64,000 nucleotides of DNA, from contig NW_026576125.1 in assembly GCF_028641065.1 (NCBI RefSeq), positions 62,001 to 126,000 of the forward strand, given 5' to 3'. A program made the position numbers and the translations under genes. Source of the stretch: Leucoraja erinacea (Eukaryota). Each line of letters opens with the position of its first letter. The first letter of the stretch is position 1. The notes under the pieces were generated by a model. That model saw only the letters and a list, made by a program, of their open reading frames with translations. It had not been told where the DNA came from and did not search any database. Positions 1-13,899 of this stretch are shown piece after piece.

Positions 1-69
1 CCCAGGGAATCCATCAGCTACTGCAGGCAGAGAAACGGGCAAAGGAGAAGTTAGAAGAGGCCAAGAAGC
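1..69 (+). CDS. ATP6V1G3: V-type H+-ATPase subunit G3, coding exon 1 (5' end outside window)
   Basis: The frame from nt 3 reads QGIHQLLQAEKRAKEKLEEAKK, followed by a phase-1 donor C|GTGAGT at 69/70. QGIHQ and KLEEAKKR resemble G3 rather than G1/G2 (QGIQQ, AAEKV). Confidence 0.88.
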
Positions 70-1934
70 GTGAGTAAACTAAACTATTAACAAACGCAAG
101 CTCGCCCACTCTCACTGACAGCGAAAGATAGTTGCAGCACACTGGAGAAATCGAAGCACCAACATCATTATTGTAGAGGAAGCATTGATATTAGATTCTT
201 AAGCCTTTGAACAAATTGTACTTCAAAAACAACATAAATTGTACCGATTAAAGTTTTAGTTGAGTTTATTATTGTCATGCGCACCGAGGTACAACAAAAA
301 GCTTCAGTTTGTGTGCTCTCCAGTCAAAGATCACACATGAATATAACCAAACCATCCACATTACACAGATACAGGATGAAGTGTACAGCATTTAGTGCAA
401 GAGTCAAGAGTGTTTTATTGTCATATGTCCTGAAATGGAACAATGATGTTCTTATATAGACTCTGGAAACACCATAAAACACAAAGAAGTTCAGTATACA
501 CGAAAATACAGTATATAAAATTGAAGCCTGATTAAAGAGAGTTCAAATGTCTCCAGTGAGGTAGATGGGAGGTCAGGACCGTTCCCTTGCTGATGAGAGG
601 ACGGTTCAGTTACCGGATCACTGCTGGGCCGAAACTATTTGTAAATGTAGCATTTTACTCAGCAGCAACTTCTGGCCATAAATGTATACATGCCACAACA
701 CTGCAACAGCTTGTGCGCAAAGAGAAGGGACATGAGAGGTACAAACATGCCTTGCCCGATACAGCAGGGAGCTGTACACTGCACTGGGAAAGACAGGGCA
801 GCCATGAATGTTTTAGGGGCAAGAGATTTCTCCACTGACGTAGCACTGTTAGACAAACATGTAGTGAAAGCTGCTGAAATACTGCCCGCAGTATCATCAG
901 GGTAAACATAGAACACAGAGCAGTCAGCACAAGCCCATCAGCCTATACATACTACACCTGACGCCAACTTAAACTAATTTCCTCTGCCTGCATGTGATTC
1001 ATATTCTATTCACAAACTTTTCCCTCTCAACTAAAACCAAAGCCTTTTATCAGAGGTACCTGTAAATAACTGTGACATGAGAACATGTTAGTCGCTTGGT
1101 AAAGAATGATTTCCTCCAGAGATTGGCTGATCCATACAGACCATGACTGTAGAAATGTGTAGGAAGGAACTGCAGGTGCTGGTTTAAACCGAAGATAGAC
1201 ACAAAGTGCTGGAGTAACTCAGCGAGACAGGCAGCATCTCTGGAGAGAAGGAATGGGTAACATTTTGGCACAAGGTCTTTCTTCAGGCTGTAGAAATGTT
1301 GATTACTTGCACAGAATAGGCAATGAAGCAGCGGTAAAATTGCTGCATTACAGCACCAGAGACCCAGGTACGATTCTGACTACCGGTGCTGTCGGTGTGG
1401 AGTTTGCACATTCTCCCTGTGACCGCGTGGGGTTTCTACAGTTTCCTCCCACATTCCAAATGCTGTATCAGGGGCAGGACAGGTATGTAAGTTATTTGGC
1501 CTCAGTAAACTGATCATTGTGTGTAGGATAGTGCTAGTATATGGGAACAACTGGTTGGCGCAGACTCAGTGGGCCAAAGGGCCTGTTTCCTCGCTCTAAA
1601 ACTAAAACTAAAATGAATCCGAGAAGCAAACTGATTTTAAAGTTTGCAGCCTCTGACTGTTATTCAATCATCTAAAAGCAGCCAGCTTAGCTTCCTCACT
1701 GCAGGTCTGTGCGCCCATGTTGGAGCCACTAGCGTCTGCTGGTGTCAGCCTTAGTAGAAGCCAGGGCCCCAGCTGTCTCCTGCCATGCCCAGGCACCGAT
1801 GGTTCACAGATTCCCTGCCTTTGGGAGGAGCGTAGGCTCTATCAGAGGGTGAGGATTGCAACAGAAGCCAGACCTGGCCTTCACTAAACATGAACACAGG
1901 GAAACAGCCTCCGTTCCCCTCTTCTCCCCAATCT

Positions 1935-2300
1935 TATAAAGTGTTTCAAATCATGACAGGACTAGATCGAGCAGATGCACCGAGTCTTTTGCCCAGAGTT
2001 GGTGAATCGAGGACCAGAGGACATAGATTTAAGGTGAAGGGGAAAAGATTCAATAGGAACCTGAGGGGTAACTTTTTCACACAAAGGGTGGTGGATGCAT
2101 TGAACAAGCTGCCAGAGGAGGTAGTTGAGGCTGGGACTATCCCAACATTTAAGAAATGGTTAGACAGGTATATGGATGTGACAGGTTTGGAGGGACATGG
2201 CCCAAATGCAGGCAGGTGGTGACTAGTGTAGCTGGGACATTTTGGCCTGTGTTGGCTAGTTGGGCTGAAAGTTTCGATGCTGTATCATTCTATGATTCCT
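1935..2300 (+). mobile_element. CR1-type LINE 3' fragment
   Basis: TRGHRFKVKG...FFTQRVV..LNKLP, the C-terminus of CR1 ORF2. Confidence 0.85.
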
Positions 2301-2838
2301 CTGGGGAAAGCGGGACACTTTGTTACACCTCATCTGCCAGCTTGGCTGGGCATGATTCACTCAGCAGCAGAAACGTCTCTAGACAAGGTCCAACTGATCT
2401 GTGGTTCCATCATCCACTGCCTCCAACCAATATGCCCTGCATTTACAGGGAAATACAGGGTAGCTTTTCACAATCCTCACAAGGTTACCATGGTGTTATT
2501 AGTTTGTTTTTGTACTTTGTTTTATTGTCCTTGCTTTAACCAGTCAAGACCCCAAAATATCAGTTCCATCCATCTCCAACCTGGCCCCTTGTCAATGAGC
2601 AACAATTGTCACTCCTAACAGGAAGTGTTGAAAACAGGGCCAAAAGAGCAGGAGGGAACTGCAGATGCTGGATTATCCGGAAAATAGACACAAAGTGGTG
2701 GAGTAACTCAGCGGGTCACGCAGCATCTCTGGAAAACGTGAAAATAAATCTTGGGTCAGAACCCTTCTTCAGACTGAAAGTAGAAGGGGGTAGAAACTAG
2801 AGGTAGGAAAAGGCCAGATACATGAGGGCTGGCAATAG

Positions 2839-3965
2839 ATGACCAAGGAACTTAAAGCACACCGCATTGGGGGTTCAGTATTGATGTGGATAGAGAACTG
2901 GCTGGCAAACAGGAAGCAAAGAGTAGGAGTAAACGGGTCCTTTTCACAATGGCAGGCAGTGACTAGTGGGGTACCGCAAGGCTCAGTGCTGGGACCCAGC
3001 TATTTACAATATATATTAATGATCTGGATGAGGAAATTGAAGGCAATATCTCCAAGTTTGCGGATGACACTAAGCTGGGGGGCAGTGTTAGCTGTGAGGA
3101 GGATGCTAGGAGACTGCAAGGTGACTTGGATACGCTGGGTGAGTGGGCAGATGTTTGGCAAATATGTATAATGTGGATAAATGTGAGGTTATCCATTTTG
3201 GTGGCAAAAACGGGAAAGCAGACTATTATCTAAATGGTGGCCGATTGGGAAAGGGGGAGATGCAGCGAGACCTGGTTGTCATGGTACACCAGTCATTGAA
3301 GGTAGGCATGCAGGTGCAGCAGGCAGTAAAGAAAGCGAATGGTATGTTGGCTTTCATAGCAAAAGGATTTGAGTATAGGAGCAGGGAGGTTCTACTGCAG
3401 TTGTACAGGGTCTTGGTGAGACCACACCTGGAGTATTGCGTACAGTTTTGGTCTCCAAATCTGAGGAAGGACATTATTGCCATAGAGAAGGTTCACCAGA
3501 CTGATTCCTGGGATGTCAGGACTGTCTTATGAAGAAAGACTGGATAGACTTGGTTTATACTCTCTAGAATTTAGGAGATTGAGAGGGGATCTTATAGAAA
3601 CTTACAAAATTCTTAGATGCAGGAAGATTTTTCCCGATGTTGGGGAAGTCCAGGACAAGGGGTCACAGCTTAAGGATAAGGGGGAAATCCTTTAAAACCG
3701 AGATGAGGAGAACTTTTTTTACACAGAGAGTGGTGAATCTCTGGAACTCTCTGCCACAGAGGGCAGTTGAGGCCACTTCATTGGCTATATTTAAGAGGGA
3801 GTTAGATGTGGCCCTTGTGGCCAAGGGGATCAGAGGGTATGGAGAGAAGGCAGGTACGGGATACTGAGTTGGATGATCAGCCATGATCATATTGAATGGT
3901 GGTGCAGGCTCGAAGGGCTGAATGGCCTACTCCTGCACCTAATTTCTATGTTTCTATGTTTTCTA
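2839..3965 (+). mobile_element. CR1-type LINE, 5'-truncated and frameshifted
   Basis: SGVPQGSVLGP, KFADDTKL, RPHLEYCVQFWSP, LGLYSLE.RRLRGDLIE; ends in a (tctatgtt)n tail. Confidence 0.92.
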
Positions 3966-4776
3966 TGAATGGTGGAGCCCAGAATTGGCTGGGAAATAGA
4001 TGAAAACAAAGGCAAACAGGGATGCGAACAATGAAACTAGTCGGACAACTAGGGGCAGGGGTAGAGTGAGAGGGAATGCCGGGGTTACTTGAAATTAGAC
4101 CAATTAAAGTTCATACCACACGTCTTGGGCCATTTGTGAACAAGCATCTTACTAGAGGCTTCAAGCTGTCCCCTTTATGACCACAGTATAGTTGAGTTTA
4201 TTATTGTTACATGTACCGAGATACAATGAAACACTTGTAGCTGATCTTCACAGTTTACAAGATGCCTGGTTATAAAAGTACTTCCCCAAGGTTTGCACTC
4301 CACACCTCTTTTTGGAATGGGAACGACTTCTAAATTGCGTGATCAACTTTCAAGTGAGAACTGCAAAAGTGGATGTTTCCAATTCGGTAGATTTCTTATT
4401 TACATCATCCTAGACAGTGTGATGTCGTTGTTCCACACGTCTTCTGCCTTTTCAGCATTGTTCCCTCGTCAACTTCCCTGTTAACTCCTCCATCTCCACA
4501 AACACCCACTGCACCGCCCACAGCATCTGCTCATGTAACCACAGGTCATAGAACGTAGAGCAGGACAACACAGGAGCAGACCCTTCAGCCCATAATGTCC
4601 ATGCCGAACGTGACACTAGGCCAAACCAATCTCTGCCTGCATCTAAATGCAGCCTCACCTACGTCTTTTATAACTGCAACTTCCTTACCAAGAAAAAAAA
4701 GTCTAAAGTTTAGTATATGGAAATAAAAGGCAGAAAACTCACTGACTGAATAGGAGGGGAGGGGAGGGGAGTGGGG

Positions 4777-4813
<37 letters not shown>

Positions 4814-5029
4814 GGTGGGGGGGGAGCGGGGGGGATTATCATGCATGTGGCCCCATTAACTCAGTATTAATTCTGTAATGCACTGTAAGGTGGATATTGT
4901 CCTTGAGTTGTATGGTAAAACTTAACTTGAAAATGCAAGCCTGACAATCACCCCCTGTGGAAGATGCAAGGTCCTTTCAAATAACTTTTGCTCCCCTAAT
5001 ACAAGCCATCTTTTATCACAGCCAAATCC

Positions 5030-5700
5030 CAACACCCCAATCAGCATCAATGTCAACAAAGTATTGATGGTCGAGAGCTGCAGGTTCCTTAAGTGTAAAT
5101 GTCACCGATAATTTGTCCATCACCAACCACTTTGAGGTCATGGCCGAGAAAGCACACCCATGCTCCTCCTTCATCAGGCGACTGAGAAAGTACTGCATGT
5201 GTCCAGCAACCTTACCAAGGTTCTACAGATGCATCATGGAGGAATTCATCCTTGTGGGTTGCAACACAGGCTGGTTTGGGAACAGCTCTGCCCAGGTCCA
5301 TGAGAAATTGCAGAGAGTTGGGACATATTCCAGTCCATCTCACAGTCCAAACTGCCCATCATCGACTTCATGTACATTTCACATTGCCTGGAGAAAATAG
5401 GCAACAATGATACACAACATGGTGTGTGTTCTGGGTGCTAATGTTACTAAGCCAAACAAACAACTTGCGATTATGCGAGTATTTCATGACAGTCACATTG
5501 GTTTCCTCAATTGCTATTCAGGTTCTTGGATATTGTCCATCTATGCTTTACACAATCGGGGAATGCAGCCAACATAATCAAGGACCTTCTCAACCCAGTC
5601 ATTTACTTTTTTCTCTTCCGTCAGGCAGAAGACATAAAGACTTGAGAACAGGTGGTACTAGATTCCGGAGCAGCTTTATCAAACAACTGAATTAAACAAG
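5030..5700 (+). mobile_element. Rex1/Babar-type LINE fragment
   Basis: FIRRLRKY...FYRCI.E..L.GC.T.WFGN remnant. Confidence 0.7.
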
Positions 5701-6687
5701 AAAATGCGGATGTTGGTTTATACCAACAATAGACAGTAACGCAGCAGGTCAGGCAGTAGTCTGGAAATAAGGGATGGGTGATGAGCCTTCTGAAGAAGTG
5801 TCCCAACCCGAAACATTACCCATCCTGATATTGCCTGAGCCGCTGAGTTACTCCAGCTCTTTATGTCTATATACTGAATGGTTCTTCCATATGTTTGGGT
5901 GTAGTCTCAATCGCTCAACCTACCTCATTTCCAACGTTGGACCATTCCTCTGAAACTTTTAACATTATAACCTTGTAACACTAACACTATATTCTGGTAT
6001 TTTTGATCATTTTTCTTTTTGCATCATATTTAGCGCAGACATTGTGGGCCGGAGGGCCTGTTCTTGTGCTGATACTGTTCTATGTATCAGTCCATGTGAC
6101 AATAATAAGCCAGCAACATGCCATAAGTAGAAGGTAGAGGCGCCTGTACATTGCAGACCCCAGCTATGACTGTAAGAAACAGGGAGAGCCAGACCAGGAG
6201 TGGACCAACTAGTCTACAGTTCTGCTCCATCATCCATTAGTATCAAGTCTGATCTGTTTTATTTTCACACACAGGGTGGGTGTATGGAACGAGCTGTCAG
6301 ATGAGGTAGTTGAGGCAGGGACTATCACAATGTTTTAGGAACATTTGGATAGGTACATGTACAGGAAAGGTTTAAAGGGATATGGGCTAACTCAGGCGGG
6401 TGGGACTAGTGTAGATGGGGCATGTTGGTTGCTGTGTGCAAGGTGACTGAAGGGCCCCTTTCCACACTGTATCACTCTACCTTGGTGCCATTGCTCAGCA
6501 CAATGTGTATGTCCTTCAATTTCCCCAGTATCCAGTCAGGCAGTCAGGCTGTAGAAGTAATGCAACTCCACGCAGGGCAGCTCCCCCAGGGTTAGTGCCC
6601 CATCAAGTGGGTGGTAGAGAGAGCCAAGGGACATGCTGTGACTGAGGACACAAGGAACTGCAGATGCTGGTTTACACACACAAAAAA

Positions 6688-6880
6688 CAGAGTGCTGGAG
6701 TAACTCAGCGGGTCAGGCAGCATCTGTGGAGAACATGGATAGGTGATGTTTCACAGAGTGCTGGAGTAACTCAGCGGGTCAGGCAGCATCTGTGGAGAAC
6801 ATGGATAGGTGATGTTTCACAGAGTGCTGGAGTAACTCAGCGGGTCAGGCAGCATCTCTGGAGAACATGGATAGGTGACA
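6688..6880 (+). repeat. Triplicated 66-bp segment of a Penelope-derived repeat
   Basis: Three direct copies of cagagtgctggagtaactcagcgggtcaggcagcatctgtggagaacatggataggtgatgtttca, the last slightly diverged. Confidence 0.95.
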
Positions 6881-7374
6881 GTTCTGGTCTGGGCCCTTCT
6901 TCAGACTGAAGCTCTGATGGGTCAGTGTAGTTGTCAGTATGTGCAACGTACATCACACTCTCCCATCCCCACAGAGCTCCCTGAGGAAAGGTAGCCGCGA
7001 ATGCAATCTCTCCGCCGGCCATCACGTTACATCACCAGCCATAAGGCTACATACAGCTCGCAGCGGCTGTGAGAAATGGGTTTGTATATAAAAAAGACAG
7101 CCGTCTTGTCCACTTAGATTTTGTGCTTCAGGATCTGAATGAAATTGGTGCACAGGAGGGCGGAATCCGTGTAGAAAGTGCATACACCGTCAGTAAGGAA
7201 TGATTGGAGGCATATGCCGGAAAGACTTACAGGTATAAGATGCTGTTTGTTGGACCAGCCGCGGCCGCTGCTCCATCCTCCGCCTCCCGTGTGTTTATCG
7301 CTGTTTATCAGACTCGCGGTTCCGTCGGTATGAAGCCCTAATCAGGCATTTTGTTTTGTCAACGTTACCTGCAG

Positions 7375-7475
7375 GGAAGGGCAGGCGGCTGAAGCAGGCA
7401 AAGAGCGAGGCACAAGCTGAGATTGATCAATACCGCCTGCAACGCGAGAGGGAATTTAAACACAAACAAGATTCG
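7375..7475 (+). CDS. ATP6V1G3: V-type H+-ATPase subunit G3, coding exon 2 (101 nt)
   Basis: Acceptor cctgcag and donor TCG|gtgcgt. It reads (R)KGRRLKQAKSEAQAEIDQYRLQREREFKHKQDS, in phase with exon 1. Confidence 0.9.
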
Positions 7476-7845
7476 GTGCGTATTGATCCAAATCAAATGC
7501 GTTTCATGCCTGCCTCTGGAAAGTCAGCTTTGGGAGGGGGTGGGGATAGCAATAGATGACATTTTGGGTCGGGACCCTTCATCAGTATAATCCAGCAGTT
7601 CCCAATGTTCATATTGGGGTGTAAGCTGCCCAAGCAGAATATGAGATGTCCGGAATCTAATGACATTGGTCAGGGAGTAGGTGGTCACACCTTTGCCAAA
7701 TAGATTCCGTGGAAACGGAGTCTTATGATGACCAAATGTATAGGAAGGAACTGCAGATGCTGGTTTACACCGAATATACGCTGCAGTGTCTGGAGGCTCT
7801 GCTTAGGCTCCCCCCCCCCCCCCCCAACGTGGTCTCCCAGTTTGC

Positions 7846-7985
7846 NNNNNNNNNNNNNNNNNNNNNNNNNNNNNNNNNNNNNNNNNNNNNNNNNNNNNNN
7901 NNNNNNNNNNNNNNNNNNNNNNNNNNNNNNNNNNNNNNNNNNNNNNNNNNNNNNNNNNNNNNNNNNNNNNNNNNNNNNNNNNNNN
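7846..7985. other. Assembly gap (140 N)
   Basis: Run of N characters. Confidence 1.
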
Positions 7986-8249
7986 GCTTCAACAGCTAAC
8001 AACCCAGTGGTATGAACATTGACTTCTCTAACTGCCAGTAGCCCTTGCTTTCCCTCTCTCTCCATCCCTCCCCATCCTAGTTCTTTGACTAGTTTCACTG
8101 TCCTCCTGATTAAATTTGCCTAGTTCACACCTTCCCCATAGCTAACAATGAACCATTCTATATTTCTTTGACCATTGACTATTTTGATCTGTCATTTTCT
8201 CACCTTATCTTTCCATATCTCTATGTCTCCCTCTCCCCGACTTTAACCA

Positions 8250-8725
8250 TATAACCATATAACAATTACAGCACAGAAACAGGCCACTGTGGCCCTTCTA
8301 GTCCGTGCCGAACACTTACTCTCACCTAGTCCCATCTACCTGCATTCCAACCATAACCCTCCATTCCTTTCCCGTCCATATACCTATCCAATTTATTTTT
8401 AAATGATAAAATCGAACCAGCCTCCACCACTTCCACTGGAAGCTCATTCCACACAGCCACCACTCTCTGAGAAAAGAAGTTCTCCCTCATGTTACCCCTA
8501 AACTTTTGCCTCTTAATTCTCAAATCATGTCCTCTTGTTTGAATCTTCCCTACTCTCAATGGAAAAAGCTTATCCACGTCAACTCTGTCTATCCCTCTCA
8601 TAATTTTAAAGACCTCTATCAAGTCCCCCCTTAACCTTCTGCGCTCCAAAGAATAAAGACCTAACTTGTTCAACCTTTCTCTGTAACTTAGGTGCTGAAA
8701 CCCAGGCAACATTCTAGTAAATCTC
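8250..8725 (-). mobile_element. CR1-type LINE 3' fragment
   Basis: ORF 8326-8712: LGLYSLERRRLRGDLIEVFKI...TRGH. Confidence 0.9.
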
Positions 8726-9799
8726 TAAGTCTGAAGAAGGGTCTCGATTACGCCTGCCCAGAGATGCTGCCTGTCCCGCTGAGTTACTCCAGCACTTTGT
8801 GTCTGTTGGCTGATGGCCAAGTACCATTTTGTTTTGCTCGCCAAAAGCAGGGAATCAACCAGACCACCTGAGAGAACTCAGGCCTTTATAGCTCTTTGAC
8901 ACAAACCAAATTTGTTCATTTGTAGGAAGGAACTGCAGATGCTGGTTTACACCAAAGATAGACACAAAATGCTGGAGTAACTCAGCAGGTCAGGCAGCAT
9001 CTCTGGAGAGAAGAAATATGTGACATTTCAGGTCGGAACCTTTCCTGCCTCTTTAAAATCAAAATTAATTAAATGTCTTGTTAGAACAAATGGCAATACA
9101 TCAGGCACACATAAACCTTGTTTTAAAGAAAAATAATGTTACAATGAACAATGGCATTTGATGGATCCCTTTACAAATGTGGCAAAGTCGTTAATTACCA
9201 GTTCTATTTTGGAGTTATCAGCTATGCTGGTAGAGGTATCATTAACTTTCTCCATGGCCACATGCCAAACATCAGCTCATGGTTTTATGTTTTGATGATA
9301 AAGTCACGGTGTTGAGGAGTTGTACAACAGGCCCCTCATCCACCCTGTCTATAATGACCAAGTTGGCTTTCTGGGCTAGACACAAAATGCTGGAGTGAAT
9401 CAACGGGTCAGACAGCATTTCCAGAGAATAGGAATAGGTGACGTTTTGGGTCGAGATCCTTCTTCAGACTGAGTGTCAGGGAAAAGGGAAACAAGAAAGA
9501 TAAATGGCGATATAGAACAAATGAATGAATGATATGCAAAAAAAAAGTAACAATGAGAAAGGAAAGAAGCCATTGTTAGCTGTGGCCTGGGCAAAAACAA
9601 GTTCCTGATGAGACTCAACAAGGCGACTTTGAAGCTAGTACAATGACTTTGGTGGGAGAGGAACGGAGGGAGAGTGGATGCAAGGGTTGCTTGAGGTTAA
9701 AGAAATTAATGTTCACACCGCTGGGGTGTAAGCTGCCCAAGCAAAATATGAGGTGCTGTTTGGCTCCAATTTGCATTTGGCCTCACTCAAGTTCAAGTG

Positions 9800-11790
9800 C
9801 GTTTATTGTCATGTGTCCCTGTATAGGACAATGAAATTCTTGCTTTGCTTAAGCACACTGAAAATAGTAGGCATTTACTACAAAACAGATAAATGTGTAC
9901 ATACACCATGATATAAATATATACACACATGAATAAATAAACTGGTAAAGTGCAAATAACAGAAAGTGGTTATTAATAATCAGAGTTTTGTCCGAGCCAG
10001 GTTTAATAGCCTGATGGCTGTGGGGAAGTAGCTATTCCTGAACCTGGTTGTTGCGGTCTTCAGGCTCCTGTACCTTCTACCTGAAGGTAGCAGGGAGATG
10101 AGTGTGTGGCCAGGATGGTGTGGGTCTTTGATGATACTGCCAGCCTTTTTGAGGCAGCGACTGCGATAAATCCCCTCGATGGAAGGAAGGTCAGAGCCGA
10201 TGATGGACTGGGCAGTGTTTACTACTTTTTGTAGTCTTTTCCTCTCCAGGGCACTCAAATTCCCGAACCAAGCCACGATGCAACCGGTCAGCATGCTCTC
10301 GACTGTGCACCTGTAGAAGTTAGAGAGTCCTCCTTGACAATCCGACTCTCGGTAATCTTCTCAGGAAGTAGAGGCGCTGATGAGCTTTTTTGATAATTGT
10401 GTTAGTGTTCTCGGACCAGGAAAGATCTTCAGAGATGTGCACGCCCAGGAATTTGAAGTTCTTGACCCTTTCAACCATCGACCCATTGATATAAATGGGG
10501 CTGTGGGTCCCCCTCCTACTCCTTCCAAAGCCCACAATGAGTTCCTTGGTTTTGCTAGTGTTGAGGGCCAGGTTATTGCGCTGGCACCATATGGACAGTT
10601 GCTCGAACTCTCTTCTGCACTCTGACTCATCCCCATCAGTGATACGTCCCACAATAGTGGTGTCGTCAGCGAACTTGATGATGGAGTTCGCACTGTGGTT
10701 CGCTACGCAGTCATGAGTATAGAGTGAATACAGCAGGGGGCTGTGCACGCAGCCTTGAGGCGCTCCCGTGCTGATTGTTATCGAGGCTGACACATTTCCA
10801 CCAATGCGAACAGACTGTGGTCTGTGGATGAAGAAGTCGAGGATCCAATTGCAGATGCGCAGAGACCCAGTTCTGCGAGTTTGCTAACCAGTTTGGAGGG
10901 GATGATTGTGTTAAATGCTGAGCTGTAATCAATGAATAACAGCCTGACATATGAGTTTTTGTTGTCCAAGTGGTCCAGTGCGGAGTGGAGGGCCAGCGAG
11001 ATCGCATCCACCGTTGATCTGTTGTGGCGGTAAGCGAACTGCAGTGGGTCTAGGTTTTTGTCGAGGTAGGAGTTGATTTGCTCCATGATCAGCCTCTCAA
11101 AGCACTTCATCACCACCGGCGTTAGTGCCACTGGTCGATAGTCATTGAGGCACGTCACCTTACTCTTCTTGGGCACCGGTATAATTGATGCCCTTTTAAA
11201 GCAGATGGGGACCTCAGACCTCAGAAGTGAGAGGTTGAAAATGTCCGTAAAAACCCCCGCCAGTTGGTCCGCACAGGTTTTTAGAACACGACCGGGTATA
11301 CCATCAGGACCAGGTGCTTTTCGGGGGTTCACCCTCTGAAGGATTTTCTGACATCGGCTTCTGTGACTGAGACTGAAATGCCATCACAGCGAATGGGTGA
11401 TCGGGAAGGCACATCAGTATTCTCCCTGTCAAAGCGTGCGTAAAACGCATTGAGCTCATCAGGGAGTGATGTTACACCAACATTCGAGCTGCCTCCTGGT
11501 TTTTGCCTTGTAGGAGGTGATTGCATTCAGACCCTGCCACAGCTGCCGAACATCTGTCTCGTCCTCCAGTTTGGAGCAGAAGTCCCTTTTGGCCTTTTTG
11601 ATGGCCTTACCAAGGTCGTATCTGGTCTTCATGTAGGCCACTGTATCATTGGAGGTGAATGCCCTGTGTCTGGACTTCAGGAGAGTGCGGATCTCAAAGT
11701 TCATCCAAGGTTTCTGATTGGGAAACACTCGGAAGGGTTTTGTAGGGATGCAGTCCTCCACACCTTTCTTTATGAAGTCTGTAACGACTG
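9800..11790 (-). mobile_element. Rex1/Babar-type LINE, frameshifted RT
   Basis: [60 protein letters not shown]; short-repeat tail. Confidence 0.92.
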
Positions 11791-13229
11791 TGGCATATTC
11801 GTTACAATATTGGAGGCGCAGGACAGAAAGGTCAGTGTGGGAATGGGAAGGAGAATTAAAGTGTTTGGCAACTGGGAGATCAGGTAGGTCCAGGCGGACT
11901 GAGCGGAGGTGAGCATTATGGGCTGGTCCCATTTGCCTGAATTTGGCCAACAGTCTTCTGAACCCTTCATGTTCATATATTCGTCCAAATGTCATTTAAA
12001 AGCATCCACAACATCCTCTGATAGCTCATTCCAGATACGGACTCAGCTCTGAGTGAACAAGTGGCTCCTGAAGTTCACCCTCCCTTCTCACCTTAAGCCT
12101 ATTCCCTCTAGTTTTAGAATCCTCTACCCTGGGAAAAAGACTGTGAGTGTTCACTTTATCCATGACCCTCATGACCTTGTACACCATGGTAGGTCAACCC
12201 TAAGCTTCCTACACTCAAAACAAAAGTCCCAGCCTATCCAACCTCTCCCTATAACTCAAAGCTGCAAGTCCAGGTGACATCCTGGTGAATTTCTTCAGCA
12301 CCCGATCCAACCTAGTGACCCTTCCGGTAGCTGGATGACCAGAACTCCACACTCTGCTCTAACGACTTGCACAGCTGCATCATCATGTCCCCACATGGTA
12401 TGGGCAGGGAGTGTAACACCAGCAGCAATTATATATCTCTTCCTTTGAACTGACGTTGTGGGAGCTCTGTCAGGAGAGTTCCCATCCTCATCTTGACTTA
12501 TTATTGGCAAGAAGCAGCGGCGGTTTCGCTATAATTCCATGATGATAACAACACTTTAGCCATCATGGACACTGCACAAACGGCTTCATGGAAGCTAATT
12601 GTCTGATGACAATATCATTTGATTTGCTAGCCCAAAACAGGGGATCAAATAGACCATCCAGCGAGAGAAAGACGGGGGGGGGGGTTACTCTGTCCATAGT
12701 TACTCTGGAATTTTGTGTCTTTCTATGGTAAACCAGCATCTGCAGCTCCTTGTTCAAACAGCATTGTACCTTATTCCAGCATTTTCCTGAGAGTGGTCAA
12801 AGAGGCAGACCAACTGGAGGCCAATTGAAATCTTGAATGTTTACACAACAAATATCGTACTGCCATCAAGTGTTTCCAAAACGCTTGAAACAGGAATTCC
12901 AGGCATGTTTCTCCCATTTACTATAAACATCAGATTCCCAGGATGGAAATGTCAAACTCATAGCTTTAAGGTGAGAGGGGGGAAAGTTTAAAGGAGATGC
13001 ATGAGGCAGGTTTATTACACAGTGGGTGCCTGGAACACGCTGCCAGGGATGGTGGTGGAGACAGATACGATTGTGGCTTTTAGATAGACACATGTGCCTG
13101 CATGGAATGGAAGGATATGGATCATGTGCAGGCAGGTAAGAGTTGGTTTTGGCATTGTGTTCAGCACAGACATTGTGGGCCGAAGGGCCTGTTCCTGTGC
13201 TGTACTATTCTATGGTCTATGATCTACCT

Positions 13230-13560
13230 CTGCTTTCTCCTAGATTATCTTTAGGGAACAATAGTTCCCCACTCCCATCATACATGAGGCCCTCACTCGT
13301 GTCTCCTCGGTTCCCCGTAGCTCCACCCTTGCTCCCCCTTGCCCTAGTCAGAGACAGAATTCCTCTAGTCCTTACCTTTCACCCCATCAGCCGTCGCATA
13401 CAACTCATAATCCTCCGACATTTTCGCCACCTCCAATGGGATCCCACCACTAGCCACATCTTCCCATCTCCACACCATTCCACCTTTCCACCATCCCTCC
13501 GCAACTCCCTGGTTAACTCATCCCCACCCACCCAAACCACCCCAGCCCCAGCCGTCTTCC
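13230..13560 (+). mobile_element. Penelope-like element fragment
   Basis: RDRIPLVLTFHP...IILRHFRHLQ.DPTT..IFP linker region. Confidence 0.8.
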
Positions 13561-13899
13561 CCTGGCATTTTTGGGTTGTTTTAGAAACTTTAAACGATTA
13601 ATATGTTTGGAAATATGGGTGGAAATGCGCCAGGAAGATGTTCATCACTTTGACCGGAGAGAATTGAGTAGAATATGTGAAAATGGGAAGGCTGCGGCCT
13701 AGTGTTAGGAAGAAGGTAGGAAATACATGTCAGCACATCGTCAGCACAAACAGAAGAGTTTTTGTTATATCAGAGCTGCCAACATTGGGTGTGAGTTGAG
13801 AGTGAGAAACTGCGAGGGAGAGTAGTGACCGACGGGGGGAGGGTGTGGGAGGGATATGATAGGGAGCTTTTGCATTTTTCAGCTTTAAATTGTGCAATC

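Noticed and set aside
4750-4835. Long poly-G run
   Set aside because: A simple homopolymer, possibly of unreliable length, with no supporting context.
6688-6880. Regular direct repeats resembling a CRISPR array
   Set aside because: There are no unique spacers; it is a triplication inside a Penelope-derived repeat in vertebrate DNA.
12295-12760. Unique-looking sequence with short ORFs, tested as ATP6V1G3 exon 3 or NEK7 exons
   Set aside because: No frame I translated resembled either protein.
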